DNA from: Octopus vulgaris
Taxonomy: Eukaryota
NCBI GenBank assembly: GCA_951406725.2
Contig: OX597819.1
Coordinates: forward strand, 126,914,001-126,978,000
Direction of reading: 5' to 3'
DNA: 64,000 nt
Both the position numbers and the translations under genes were made by a program. Below are positions 25,941 to 40,176 of the stretch, piece after piece. The stretch's first letter is position 1. Each line of letters starts with the position of its first letter. The notes beneath the pieces are model-generated. The model was not told the origin of the DNA. It searched no databases and saw only the letters and a program-made list of their open reading frames with translations.

Positions 25941-27714
25941 TTTAGTGGATTTCGTTTCTTCGAGTCTTAGAGCACTTGCCTTAGCTTTGGCAGCAAAACG
26001 TTTTAGCGTTGAAGAAATGGTCGAAGGTCATTCTTGCTGTTATCACATCAGTTACGGTGTCTTTCCTAAGAGCCTATTTTAATTTAGTAGCTCAATTCTA
26101 TTGATTCTATTGTAATCATCCGCTTCAGAGTAATCTACGACCAATCTTTGACGATCGCCACTTGCATGAACGGTTAGCCCATCGGTTCATGATCACCTTC
26201 GTAGTATAATCTTACGAATCATTGTAGGTGCTTTCGATTCAGCGTGTACCAATGTATCCCCACTTAGTAACTTCAGACTTGCAAGAAGCGGTTGTTTGCA
26301 ACAAAATTGTCCCTTCTACAGGATTTGAAAGAGCATGCACATTAATCTGGCCAGGTGTTTACTTTGACAAAACATAATGGTGGCAGGGTTTCAGTCTACC
26401 GAAGCGATGTAGGTATTGATCACTTCCACCTAACTCGGCTTTTTCTTAGTTTATATCTATTTGGAGATCTGATCTGAAGCGGAATTTGAGCTGCGGTATA
26501 ACTGCAGAAGACATCACAGGTATGTATGGACTTGACTTTTTAGGTGTCAAGTTGCAAGTTCACCAACTCGTTCTGATATTTGCGAGCCCTTATAACCACG
26601 TTGTAATCTTCTAGTACGGTAATTTATTTTAAAATATGACACGTAAAGTCGTGTTAGGACACCGCCTAGACAGCTGAATGTTTTGTGAAGTTTGTGTCGA
26701 CTGTATGGTTTATGTTTTTTGATATTACTGTTAGAATAAGTACGAGTTTGACTTCCTTTCGTTGAGCATTTTTAGATGATGACTGAACAGGAATACTGAA
26801 GCCAAATGGGCCTAAGCACTACTTGGCAGTCCTAAGGAAAACCTTGACTCATGTTCGTGAACATTTGCTGAGGTAGTTGTGTAAATGAAGATGAATAAGT
26901 ACCAAAGTGCTGCTCCATAGATTTCTATTGCAAGAATTTGAAGTTGAGTGTTGGAATTCGGAAAAATATTTCCCATTTCTCTTGCTCATTCTTTCATATA
27001 CGCCAGTCTTTAGAGTAAAACCTTCGAATAACTTCTATGACCGCAAACCTTTCTTATCCGCATTCCAGACAGCAGACACATATAGTGCGGAAGCACAAAC
27101 TATTTTCACTCATCCAAATTTGACGTTTCGATAACCGGTAAACATAAAACTGGGTACAGTTTTTAAACGGTAACAATTGCGAAATTAGTTTTACAGACTT
27201 GTGAGAATGAGAAATTGTTAACGTTTAGGTTTGATGTTTGTTTTGTTGTTGCTATTGTTTTTTCTGTTCTAAATTTCATTTTCCGTTGCGTGTGTTTTAT
27301 TTACCGTTTTTGCTTGTTCCCCCAGTACCGAGCCTTTGAGATTTCTGCTATTCATTCATTTATGTATCTGTGTAGATTTTCTTCTTTAACGTTTTCAATA
27401 TACACTAATTAAACTGTACCCATTTATCAGCCTTTCCGCCACTCCCTTTCGCACTCACACTTACGGATACGGGCATAGACACGCGCGCGAGCACGCACGC
27501 ACACACACATGCATATACACACTCACACAAGCAAAAAGAAAAGGAGGGAGAGAGTGATAGACAGAAATGTGAGGAAAAGTATGAATTAGTGTATGTAGGT
27601 AAGTGTTTCAGATTTCGTAAAAATAGGAAACCAAAATACACAGCTGACTCCTGAAGCTGCGATGTTTACATCAAGAAGGTATTTCAGCAATTTCAATATT
27701 TACTAATTTTTACA

Positions 27715-27759
<45 letters not shown>

Positions 27760-28793
27760 CATATAGATATATTTACATACATGTGGCATCAAAGGCAGTG
27801 ACGTCAGCATATGGAGATTTTTCAGCATTCTATAACGACATTATCTCCAAGAACTTTTGTCATTGACACAAGCCTGCTGAAAAAAATAATTGGTCGCTTT
27901 CTTTGGAAAAAAACGCGGAGAAGCACTTTATTTTATAGAAAAGTATAGCAGTAATAAAGCGGAGAAAATGGACTGGAATTCAACACACGGGATAATTACT
28001 ATAAACACCATGGCTGGACAGGAGATTAGGGTTAGCTATCGCAAGTCGCAGACCTCTCGAGTGAAATTTGAACGGACCTTTGAACTGAACCAAAGCTTGT
28101 GTAAGTTCTATACAAGGGCTAGGGGAGATCTCTTCCTCAATAGGTTACATGAAAAAGATGATGAATGATTTGAACCTAAAAAAGAATAATTAATCCAAGG
28201 TCAGTGCAGTGCCTAATTTTGCCAACAGGCAGTGTTGATCGAGAGAAAATTAGCTGTTAACCCCTTTAACCATCAAAATTACAATCTTAAAAATAATAAA
28301 ACTCTAAAGATGTTTGTGTGTACACGAAATATCTCAGAAATAGTATATATTATCCTTTTTTCTTTATTTGCATATTTTTATACTTACCTTCGGCAGAGGA
28401 ATACAATTTTTGTGATATTTGGACCTCTAAGTATTAATGAAAACGATTAAACATAATTTTTGTCTGTTATTTCTTGACGAAAAAACGTGGCATCCGTGAC
28501 GTCAACACACATACACATACAGAATACACACACATATAATGAATGTCATAGCGTGTCAATCAATACAAACGCAAGTCCGCTAACTGCGTCATATACACAC
28601 AATTTTCACGCTCTTTAAGAAAAAATAACATCGACGTTTTGACATACACAGTATTTTAATAATTTAGAAATATTTTTGACTGAATGTGATTTCAAAAATG
28701 TAAGTTGTTTGTACAGTAAGTATTTATATATTAGCTTTCTTTAAACAGTCAATATTTTAACGTGTTTTTTTTAATTATTTTCAAGTGAATGGT

Positions 28794-28923
28794 GATCTTT
28801 CGCTTTGCCTCTCAGAACTGTCATTTGGTGTTCGATAATTTCCGTATAAAAAATCTTATTCATTTTCTTTTGGTTTAAAGTGAAAGATGTATGTACGTGT
28901 GTATGAAATGGACGTGTGAATGT

Positions 28924-28982
<59 letters not shown>

Positions 28983-29323
28983 GGAGAGAGCGAAAGAGAG
29001 AGAGAGAGGAAGACAGAGAGAGAAAAAGAGAGAGTGAGTGACGGTGTGTGTTGTCATGTATACGTACACATATCAATACATAAATACGTGTGCATGCATG
29101 TGGGAACATGTGTGTTCTCATGTATGTGTAAGTGGCTCTCTCTATCTCTCTCTCTTTCTCTCTCACACACACGCACGTTCATTTCATATCCACGTTCATA
29201 CATCTTTCTCTTTCTTCTCTCTCACTTTAAAACAAAAGTTTAATAAATGAAAAAAATTACGGAAATTAACGAAACAAATCCAGCTGATCCGGATGACAGT
29301 TCTGAGAGGCAAAGTGAAAGATC
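28794..29323. mobile_element. Foldback/MITE-like element with long imperfect inverted arms
   Basis: gatctttcgctttgcctctcagaactgtcat versus atgacagttctgagaggcaaagtgaaagatc; pairing continues inward to (GA)n/(TC)n tracts. Confidence 0.7.
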
Positions 29324-30687
29324 GTCCTAAGGGAATACCATTACAAAACTTTTTTCGAGTGCATTCAACGAATCTCAACTCCAAAGATTTGGCTGCTATT
29401 TCTAGCATACCTTGCTACCACATAACTATTTGCGATAAAGGATCCGAAATATCTGTTACGTGGTAGCAGGGCGTGCATGAAACAGCAGCCAAATCTTTCC
29501 TTTTCTGGGGTAAGGAGCCGTTTACGCGTGATTTCGATGTCACATTCGTTGAAAGCATGCGAAATAACCTGTAATTGAAAAAAAAACCCTGTTACTGAGA
29601 AACTCAAACTTTCCAGGTGACCCAACACATCACGGGTAGTCTAGTAGCAAATAAAATTCGAACCAGACCACATCACACCAGTGAATTCTTCAGTTAAGAA
29701 GATCGTAAACGAACACAAACCTCTTCGAATACAATAGCTATAAACCTGAGATGAGCGAGCAGAAACGGAAAAGAACTAAGAGAAATAATAAGTGAATTGT
29801 CTTTAATCTTTTTCTTGTTTGAATCATTAGACGGCGGTCGTGCTGGGGCACAACCTTGAAGAAATTTTTAGTAGAATGAATCAACCCCAGAACTTTTTTC
29901 TTTTAAACGTTGGTACTTATTCCATCGCCTTCTCTTAGCCGAACCGCTACGTTGCTGGGACGTAAACACACTAGCACCTGTTGTCAAGTTTTGCTGGGGA
30001 TGAACACACACACACACACACACACACTATTGAAGAAATTGAAGAAACTGGAATTAACAAGGAGTACGGTTGGACAGTTACTTTTTAATTCACTACAATT
30101 GTTTCCACCAAACGTAGTTCTCCAAAAATACATGTATTTGATTATGTAACTATTTGTTGTGTCTCCTCAAGTGTTGTCTCCGTTAGTTTAAAATCTTCAA
30201 CTTCAAGGCCATCCCATCCGTCCGTCTTGGTTTGAATTTTGTAGCAGTTGGTAGATTCATATTGTTTGCTGCCAGGGTGTGTTTTTTTTGGACTACTACG
30301 AGTGGTAGCCGATGGCTGTTTTGACACCTTCTAATCACTGATCTGTTCTTCATGGTTGGCTGCACATGCGAATTTTATTAGCTGACCTTCAATATTCAGT
30401 GGTCGGATACATACACACATACATATTCAGACTTACACACACCCTCCCACTCACAAACCAATGTGTATAAGCCTGTATACACACACAGATACACTCACAC
30501 ATACACATAATTCGGATACTTACACACATGCACACACAGGCTCACACATACCCACCCTCCACAAATAAACCTATGCATATATGCCTATATACACATATAC
30601 GCTCGCATATTCATACACATACATTCACGTACACACGTACGCATATATATACATACATATATTTAGGCATCTATATATACATATATA

Positions 30688-31025
30688 TAAAAAATACAAA
30701 ATGAGACAAGAACGTAAAACATCCAAATAGACGATACAAAAAACACGGACGGGTCATCAGAAGACTTTAATCTTCAGTCAAGAACCGGATCATCCTCGCA
30801 ATTTCGGCTGATTATTCTTGAGATTCCGCTCATCTGGCCAGCCCCTTCCAAGGAATCTAATGCTCTTAGCTTAGTTTTTCCTTGGGGCTGGCCAGATTGG
30901 AGCAATCTCAAGATTAATCAACCGAAATTGCGAGGATGATCCGGTTCTTGACTGAAGATTAAAGGCTTCGAATGACCCATCCGTGTTTTTTGTATCGTCT
31001 TCTGAATGTTTTGCGTTCCCTTTTG

Positions 31026-31032
<7 letters not shown>
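30688..31032. mobile_element. Palindromic Penelope-end-like element (family vi)
   Basis: Arms about 30690-30846 and 30884-31032 are inverted copies with a short spacer; (TA)n on both sides. Confidence 0.7.
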
Positions 31033-31075
<43 letters not shown>

Positions 31076-31489
31076 CGGCGTGCGTACACTTTGTTCTCTT
31101 ATATATATACATATACATACGTATACATATGTATACACATATACATACAGCGATCAACACATACACTTATGCGCTTATACATACACCCTCTCAAGTCAAA
31201 ATGGGTAGGTTTGCTCACTTTATGTGTATGTATGTGGACATGTATATATTCCCACATTTGCGAGTGTCTTCACGGAGTGGGACCGAACCCGGCACCATGT
31301 GGTTGAGTAGCAAGTTTCTCACTACACAGCCACTCCTGCATCTATGGAGGATACAAACAGCTAAAAAGAACCTTTTCCCAGCAAAATTCAAACAAAATTC
31401 CACCATCTAAATTAACAATCAATTACATGTGAGAACAATTACGACAGGAATTGAAAGAAAACCGATTTAGTTTATGTTATCCACGGTGG

Positions 31490-31897
31490 AACGTTCTGAG
31501 TTCAAATTCCGCCGAGGTCTACTTTGTCTTTCATCCTTTCGGGGTCGATTAAATAAGTACCAGTTACGCACTGGGGTCGATATAATCGACTTAATCCTTT
31601 TGTCTGTCCATGTTTGCCCCTTCTGTGTTTAGCCCCTTGTGGGTAGTAAAGAAATTGTTTGTTTCAAAGGCGGCGAGCTGGCAGAATCATTAGGACGTCG
31701 GGCAAAATGCTTTGCCGTATTTCGTCTGCCTCTACGTTCTGAGTTCAAATTCCGCCGAGGTCGACTTTGCCTTTCATCCTTTAGGGGTCGATTAAATAAG
31801 TACCAGTTACGCACTGGGGTCGATATAATCGATTTAATCCGTTTGTCTGTCCTTGTTTGTCTTCTCTGTGTTTGGCCCCTTGGGGGTAGTAAAGAAC
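31490..31897 (+). mobile_element. Two adjacent SINE family A copies (5'-truncated, then full length from 31669)
   Basis: Direct match to family A sequence. Confidence 0.9.
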
Positions 31898-32279
31898 TAG
31901 GTGTATACACCTAAAGAAGAGTTAGCAAAGTTTGACATTCTTACCTTTTGGACATCATTCATCGTTGTGCAGGAGGACTGAGAATGTAATCAAACTACAC
32001 GACTATGGTTAGGTGAGCCACAGAATGAGTACTGTGCAAACGCATCTCTCGAAAAGTGTATCCTTAATAATACTTGCCCGATGATTGCTGCAAAACTGCT
32101 GAACGGGAAATCACTTGAGGGCGACCTGAAATTCGGTTATAGAAAAGTTATAGAAAGCTCACCTCCTACAAATCAGTCATCGATAACTTGTTCAAAAGAA
32201 GAAATAAACGCTGAGATTGATATACCAGACTGATTAGCAATTACACACACAACATAAATAACTCAATATCAAGGGATTG

Positions 32280-33990
32280 AAGTGGTTAAATATTAAAGGC
32301 CCATTGCGTCCTTGAAACTATATACAGGTTGCTTAAGTGCATTGATCTAAGATCACAATAAAAACACACATTTTGGTAACTTGAAGAGCAGGCAGAAGGA
32401 AAGAAAGGCGTCCAGAATTGTGCTGAACCACTCCTCATTAACATAACTGTTCTTAAGGAAGTAAAACAGTACCGCCAGAACATGCTGACAGGCTAGACAA
32501 ATGAAAAGTCTTGTTAAGCTTCCAACTGCTACAATCAATGCCATTAAGAGTCTAACAACTACATAGACCAGAGAATTATTGCTATGAGTTGAGGCTGCCA
32601 TTAGAGTCATTAACATAATTAGGCTATCGAAGTAATATTTCTGGCTGACAACTTGTCTTTAATGCCTTTGAAACTCTTGTCAGTCACGTAAAACTGCCGA
32701 CCAGGGGTTCAAATACAAAGCCTGCATGATAAGAGGTGCATATAGATGAAAGTAATACGAATTTCACCCACACCCATTTGTTGATGATCTTAAGCTATAC
32801 TCGAGTGATATTCATGACGCCAAGAAGTAGTTGGAATTAATTGCAACATTCTCTTGGGAAATAGGAACGGAGTTTGGTGAGTAAAAAAAAAAAAAGTTCA
32901 TATTCAATATTCGAGCGAAGACTGACTGACGACAAGGGAAGGAATATGAATATCAGGGACTGCTTTGTCTCCCACATCATTAGGGATGAATGTTATAAGA
33001 CCTTGGACTTGACGAGATTACTGTGTATGTTGGTGCAATGGATAAAGCCATGCTCTTTTGCTCTTTTACCTGTTTCAGTCATGTGACTGTGGCCATGCTG
33101 GAGCACCGCCTTTAGTCGAGCAAATCGACCCCGGGACTTATTCTTTGTAAGCCCAGTACTTATTTTATCGGTCTCTTTTTTGCCGAACCGCTAAGTGACG
33201 GGGACGTAAACACACCAGCATCGGTTATCAAGCGATGCTAGTGGGACAAACACAGACACACAAACACACACACACATATATATATATATATACATATATA
33301 CGACGGGATTCTTTCAGTTTCCGTCTACCAAATCCACTCACAAGGCTTTGGTCAGCTCGAGGCTATAGTAGAAGACACTTGCCCAAGGTGCCACGCAGTG
33401 GGACTGAACCCGGAACCATGTGGTTGGTAAGCAAGCTACTTACCACACAGCCACTCCTACGCCTTAATGACAAAAGAAGATACAAAAGTTAAAGCTGTTC
33501 GCATTTTATAAAACTACGAATATATCCTACTAAGTGTGCCTGTGCTAGTAACAACATCTGGGGTGTTGGGTTGGGCATTTGAAGAAATTGGATGCATCCG
33601 GACTAAAAAGATATCATCAATGGCTGATAACTTCCACATCAACAATGACAATGGCAGAATCTATGTCAAGCGGAGGAATGGAGTTAGAAACATGAGATCA
33701 ATTTCGAACGTCATATTGTGTCAGAAACTACTGAACAGCAAAGAGAGAAATGATGCATCTCCTACATACTCAGTATTGAAGACAATAACCTGTTAAGCTT
33801 AGGCGGAGAACTGGACAAGGGCTCCGAATTTATAGCTGCTTCATGCCAGCTAGGAGTGGCTGAACTGTTGACCAATTTATACAGAGACTTGGATGATTAA
33901 TATTTCTCATCGGCAGACAATGCATGAGTACTTACCCCGCAAGCTAGAGAACGACAGTAATATCACCTAGAAGTATATACATACATCGTT
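32280..33990 (+). pseudogene. Highly decayed R4/Dong-clade LINE reverse transcriptase, interrupted by a SINE
   Basis: Remnants LEEQAEGKKGVQNCAEPLLIN..KEVKQYRQNM and IRTKKISSMADNFHINNDNGRIYVKRRNGVRNM match R4/Dong RT motifs (EEQ.G..G....QLLI; LY..R..GGRGL). Confidence 0.65.
33053..33462 (-). mobile_element. SINE family B
   Basis: Reverse complement of the 15641-16025 family; complete head and tail. Confidence 0.9.
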
Positions 33991-34017
33991 CAAGAACAGG
34001 AGATAGCTATTAGATAC

Positions 34018-34248
34018 CCATTTCTTTACTACCCACAAGGGGCTAAACACAGAGGGGACAAACAAGGACAGACAAACGGATTAAGTCGATTATATCGACC
34101 CCGGTGCGTAACTGGTACTTATTTAAACGACCCCGAAAGGATGAAAGGCAAAGTCGACCTCGGCGGAATTTGAACTCACAACGTAAAGGCAGACGAAATA
34201 CCGCTAAGCATTTCGCCCGGCGTGCTAACGTTTCTGCCAGCTCGCCGC
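34018..34248 (-). mobile_element. SINE family A
   Basis: Full-length reverse-strand copy. Confidence 0.9.
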
Positions 34249-34816
34249 TGGTAAACAGAATACTACTCTGAACCAATACTGCAACTGTTACTTATAGTGA
34301 CTTTTTTATCTTTTCTGCCAGCTATTTGTGACACCAGTGATTTGTTAATCACAGTTTTTCTATATCAGTGGAGGATACATTTGTCTAAGCAGGTGGTTTA
34401 TAGTGGACGCTTGCTACTGACGGCGCTCATAGAAACAAGGATTTAGAGTTTGCAATTCCCTCGCTGTTGCTGGTTGCTTTTCGTGAGCTAATGATTTGCT
34501 TCTGTACTTTTTAGCACTATACGTCTATACGAGATGCTTGAAGTTTTCGAGCTTTCAACAATATATCGACGTCAAATAAGATATACAGAAAGCCATTTTG
34601 AACTAATAATGCTTGCGTCGCTAAACACACACACACGTTTGTATGTGTATATATTCACAAAGCCACATATGTGTGCATATACACGTACCCTTACAAACAG
34701 TGATATACATACACATACCTACACACATCCATCTATTCATCCATTCATGCACACAAAGAAACACACTTACATACACTTGTCTATCTATATGTCTATCTAT
34801 CTTCCCCCTCTTTTAC

Positions 34817-34953
<137 letters not shown>

Positions 34954-34968
34954 ATATATATATATATA

Positions 34969-35550
34969 TTAAAATTATAAGTATATGAAAGAATGGAGTT
35001 GAACGACTAGTTAACAAATATCCTTTATTCTCGACATATGTTTCGAAGGCTGCATATTCCTAATTCCGAAGGAATAAGTAGTACATTATGCAGATTTCTC
35101 ATCAGGAAAATCAAGGAACTTATTTCGACATCAAAATGCACAAAAAACTTTTAGCTGACAGCTCTCAAGGAGCACATGGCGATTATCGCCATGGGCTCCT
35201 TGAGAGCTGTCAGCTAAACGTTTTTTGTGCATTTTGATGTCGACATAAGTTCCTTGATTTTCCTGATGAGAAATCTGCATAATGTACTCCTTATTCCTTC
35301 GGAATTAGGAATATGCAGCCTTCGAAACATATGTCGAGAATAAAGGATATTTGTTAACTAGTCGTTCAACTCCATTCTTTCATATACTTATAATTTTAAA
35401 ATAAACATACAAATTTCCGCACGAAGACACGTAGTCTATGCCCTAGGGACGTAGCTTCAACGGTGTTCTTTCTGATGTGAATTTGCTACCCAGGTATCGG
35501 TTATCTTTCGAATTATCCTTAATAAGATAATTCATTCAACTACTCAAAAA
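34969..35550. mobile_element. Non-coding Penelope-like/retrozyme-like element with about 430-bp palindrome (HHR family i)
   Basis: Arms 34969-35183 and 35185-35399 with almost no spacer; remainder matches the reverse complement of 9150-9310. Confidence 0.8.
35251..35347 (+). ncRNA. Type I hammerhead ribozyme motif (mirror copy on - strand at 35020-35116)
   Basis: ttttc-CTGATGA(35263)-stem II ctgcata/tatgcag-GAAA(35324)-catatg-TC-gagaa. Confidence 0.82.
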
Positions 35551-35769
35551 AAAATATATATATATATATATATATTTATTTAAGAAGGGGAATGATATTA
35601 TGCATGATATTATAGCTGGTGTTCTGAGAAAATGGAATCCAGTCGAATTACTAATACAGTTCATTAGCACCGTTGAGTTTATTTCTTTCTAGAAATGTTA
35701 TCATTTTATTTATTTATTTTTAATTGAATGACTCGTTAAGTCATTATACACCTAGTAGAAAATTTCAAC

Positions 35770-36800
35770 CACTTTATAACTCCCAGAGGAAAGGCATCAA
35801 TCATCTCCAAAGAGAAAGTGTAAAGCAAATGCAGTGCGCTTTTAAGATGTTATGCAAAAGGCAGCAGCCTAGAAAGATTCTTTTTTGTGCATAGCGCAAA
35901 AGATTGCGCAGCAACTGACCTAGCTACATCAAACTAGAAACCGTGCCCACCGCTGCACAAGACCACCACAATCAACAGACACGGGGTGGCCTTCCCTAAC
36001 GCCTACACAGTCGTCACGCCAATGTTTTTACTAAATATTGGAGGCATGTTCCTCACAACAATAAAATCTAAATCTTTTTTCTGAGAGACCTTGCTGCATG
36101 TAATGAAGCCCTATGCATAGCACTCTTGGGAACTCATCGTAGGCCTGACATAAAGGATGCAGAAGTGAACGGACAGAAGGGAAAGGAGCTATGGTGGAGT
36201 TGCTGTATACATCCGTGAGGATCTCACGCCCCAGGTCCTACTGTCATATTCAAATTCAGTATGTGACACTCGAGTTGTATACATAAGACAACACAATATA
36301 GTCATATGCAAAGCATATCGCCCACCGGATGCTTTAAACCACAAACCACATGGTTTAAGATTGCCTCACGAGAACAAGAGGAACCCCCATGAAACTGAAA
36401 CATCACGTGAGTGTGTTTCATATGGGTGATATTAATTCCACCAGTGTCAAATGGCCTGAAGGGCCTCATGCGCTCAGGAATGACTCATTGCAAACAAATA
36501 CAGATGGATCTCTGCTCAGCCTCACCAATGCCCTATTCATGGAGCGAATTGTGCTCCGACCAAGGGCAGATAACATATTGAATCTCTGCTTCACAAACAA
36601 TATTGACATCGTTTATAATGCGAAAGTGACGCCGACATAATAGAGCTGTCTATGTATGGACCAAAAGTAATCAGAGACATACAGCCCAAAGGAAGCATTC
36701 ACCAAATGCCAAACATCAGAGGAGCCTCTCAATAATTCCAGAGTAACAAAACGGTGGTACTCCAGCATGGTCGCAGTTTTGAGCTGGAACCAATAAAAGA
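35770..36800 (+). pseudogene. Decayed, internally deleted relative of the 53024-56806 LINE
   Basis: Aligns by eye with the ORF1 end and APE domain (tacatccgtgaggatctcacgccccaggtcct; ctctgcttcacaaa), then jumps to the 3' tail ggtggtactccagcatggtcgcag. Confidence 0.8.
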
Positions 36801-36812
36801 GTATAGTATATA

Positions 36813-38153
36813 GGATCTTTTCCTTTTGATAGCCAGATTTCAACACAATTTCTAGTTAACTAAACACTTTAAAACTTCGTATACTGGTAGAATGTGTCAA
36901 AAGAAAACATTATTTTCACTTGCCTTTTTTGATAAATTTGTAATTCGTTTGTTTAACGTAGTTTAATTTTTCGAGATATTTTTTCGAATTTTAACCAATC
37001 CTATGCTCTCTTTTGAGCTGAAATCATTTGCTGCTTCTAAAAACTGAGACAACATCCATTTTGTTCGTAATGTAGCGTTCGTGAGTTCGATATCAGGCTA
37101 ACCTACCTGCCCCACGGTGGGATTTTTTTCTTTACGATTATTAGTAAATTTTTTCTTTACGATTATTAGTAAATTCACGTTTATTTATCAATATCGATAA
37201 CGAATTACAGTCGTTGTTTAGACCGGCCCCAGTACGTAACTGGTACTTAATTTATCCCTAACTTTAACGCTAACCCTAACCCTAAACCAAAACCTAACCC
37301 CTAACCCTAACCCTAAACCTAACCCCTAACCCCTAACCCAGAACCTAACCCCTAGCCCTAAACCTAATCAAAGCTAGCGACCGATGCCGGAAGGCTGTCA
37401 CGAGATAGGGTTAGGGTTAGGGTTAGGGGTTAGGTTTAGGGTTAGGGTTAGGGATAAATTAAGTACCAGTTACGCACGCGCGCACTGGTGTCGATAGAGC
37501 CCCTTGCCGGAACAAATTTACACAAAAGGTAAATAAACCAGAAATGGGGGATCAATGTTTCATCGTTTCGGGGTCGATAAATTAAGTACCAATTACGCAC
37601 TGGTGTCGAGGATTTTTTCCCAATTTATATCACAGCCTCCGACAAGCTGGGGCATCCTTTTATGAAAAAATATTTCGCAAATTTTTACAATACGACCCAC
37701 ACTCCACGCACCCTCAAATCCCACTCTAGACCGATTTAGGCATATTATTGTGTTGTTTTTGTTGTTTTTAGCCCTTCAAAACCATGGGAGAAGCCTTTTT
37801 GGTAAGAAAAAAATAAAGAAAATATTCAAAAAATATCGTTAATATTTTTATTGGGCGACGAAATTCATCGATTTAAGAGATATGGCTGTTGTTTCTAGCA
37901 CATGCCAACGCAACCCTCCTCGTTTGTTTATCAATATCGATAACGCTGCAAATGATTTCAGCTCAATAGAGAGCATAGGATTGGTTAAAATTCGAAAAAT
38001 TAAACTACGTTAAACAAACGAATTACAAATTTATCAAAAAAGTCAAGTGAAAATAATGTTTTCTTTTGACACATTCTACCAGTATACGAAGTTTTAAAGT
38101 GTTTAGTTAACTAGAAATTATGTTGAAATCTGGCTATGAAAAGGAAAAGATCC
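36813..38153. mobile_element. Non-autonomous DNA transposon with about 215-bp TIRs and internal telomere-like repeats
   Basis: TIRs ggatcttttccttttgatagccag... / ...ctggctatgaaaaggaaaagatcc; tatata on both flanks; no ORF. Confidence 0.8.
37256..37453. repeat. Inverted telomere-like tracts (CCCTAA)n - spacer - (TTAGGG)n
   Basis: Degenerate ccctaa repeats 37256-37368 and ttaggg repeats 37406-37453. Confidence 0.9.
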
Positions 38154-38225
<72 letters not shown>

Positions 38226-38226
38226 G

Positions 38227-38318
<92 letters not shown>

Positions 38319-38805
38319 AATTGTATAACATACTTTATATACTACACACACACACTCACAGACAGACACATACATGCGCGTGTACGCACGCACACACACA
38401 TTTGCTATGTATGCATGAATATATGCATGTATATATATGTATGGATGCATATATGCGTGTGTATAACTAGGTTTCTATCTCGAGTGTTTTTTTTCTTTCT
38501 TTGAAATTTGGAATCAAATGGCTTTCGAAGGAATCATAGCCGAGTAAAACATTTCACATTTCTGCTGTAATTTGTTCATTTGGGTGGCATACTTTGAAAT
38601 GACGTTTTAATCCATCTGCAGAACAACGCAGTTTGTTACACAAGCCACATGCAAAATCCACTGGCATATTATATTCTACATCAAGAGTAACACGACGTCG
38701 CTCATGGCTAATTAAATTCGCTTACGAAAAGTGCTCACGATAACAGGGTTGGTGGCTTAAAGGTTTGCTTTGAACACTTTTCTTGTGTTGGTCTCACAAG
38801 CACAC

Positions 38806-38859
<54 letters not shown>

Positions 38860-39944
38860 ATAATATATGTATATATATATATATATGTATATATATATGT
38901 ATATATATATGTATATATATATATGTATATATAAATGTATATATATATATGTATATATATATGTATATATATATATGTATATATAAATGTATATATATAT
39001 GTGTATATATGTATATATATATATGTATATATATATGTACATATATATATGTATATATATATATATACATATACATATATGTACATGTATATACATACAT
39101 ACATACATGTATACATATATATATATATGCCTGTGTGTAAATTCACCGAAAACATATTTATCAAAGTATTAATCTCTTTTCAAAGAAATTAGCATGCGCA
39201 ATATAATTTATTATTCTACATATAGTAATTAATTTGATTAGTAATTAAATATTAACTTAGAAAATTAAAATTCATGCATTCGATCAGGGTTCTAGTTGTA
39301 GTTTTGCTCCTTTGCATATAGATATGATTATATGCGTTAAAGCACCTCTCTGGGGTGGTATACATGCATGCATACACACACATATACATACATACATACA
39401 TACATACACTCACGCAAACTGTTTTTATAATTGCATTCACTTGGTAAGCATTATGTAAAGATTTTTGGGAGCCATATCACACAAAATGAAAAGGACACCG
39501 TAACAAGCCACCCGATCATCTTGAACCCAGGATCCAAAATACCACCCTACAACAAAAGAGAAAAATATCAGTGATAATATCCAGGTGCTCATCAACGGGA
39601 TATGAATTTCTTCCGAATCCATTACTCAACCTTCTGTCGGTTTGCACATTCAAGAGAACTATGTGACGCGAAAGAATTTGCCATTTTCCACTCGTCGAAA
39701 AATATACCATTCAGGGGAAATTTACGACAACAATTAGTCGTAAATGGCGTAGTGTCTGAACAGAATCCTGATGTTTTTATTCCTGTCCCTTCTGGAGTAC
39801 TTTCCCCAAAATTTTAACTGGTTTGCCGATGAAGCTATTGAAAACTCTCCTGATTTCTTCAACCAGTTCCATACCTTTCATTGCGGCCTCAAGCTTACAT
39901 CTTTACGTCTGGAAAACTGGGAGCAACACATAATTCGGCTCTCT

Positions 39945-40140
39945 CTCTTTTTACTCTTTTACTTGTTTCAGTCATTTGACTGCGGCCATGCTGGAGCACC
40001 TCCTTTAGTCGAGCAAATCGACCCTATGACTTATTCTTTGCAAGCCCTGAACCGCAAAGTGACGGGGACGTAAACACACCAGCATCGGTTGTCAAGCAAT
40101 GCTAGGGGGACAAACACAGACACACAAACATATACACACT

Positions 40141-40176
<36 letters not shown>

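Noticed and set aside
27799-28504. Two TGACGTCA (CRE) palindromes
   Set aside because: No adjacent exon or promoter evidence; 8-mers of this kind can occur by chance.
37256-37453. Ancient telomere-telomere chromosome fusion site
   Set aside because: Orientation is CCCTAA then TTAGGG, opposite to a fusion, and the tracts sit inside a TIR element with a relative at 40594.
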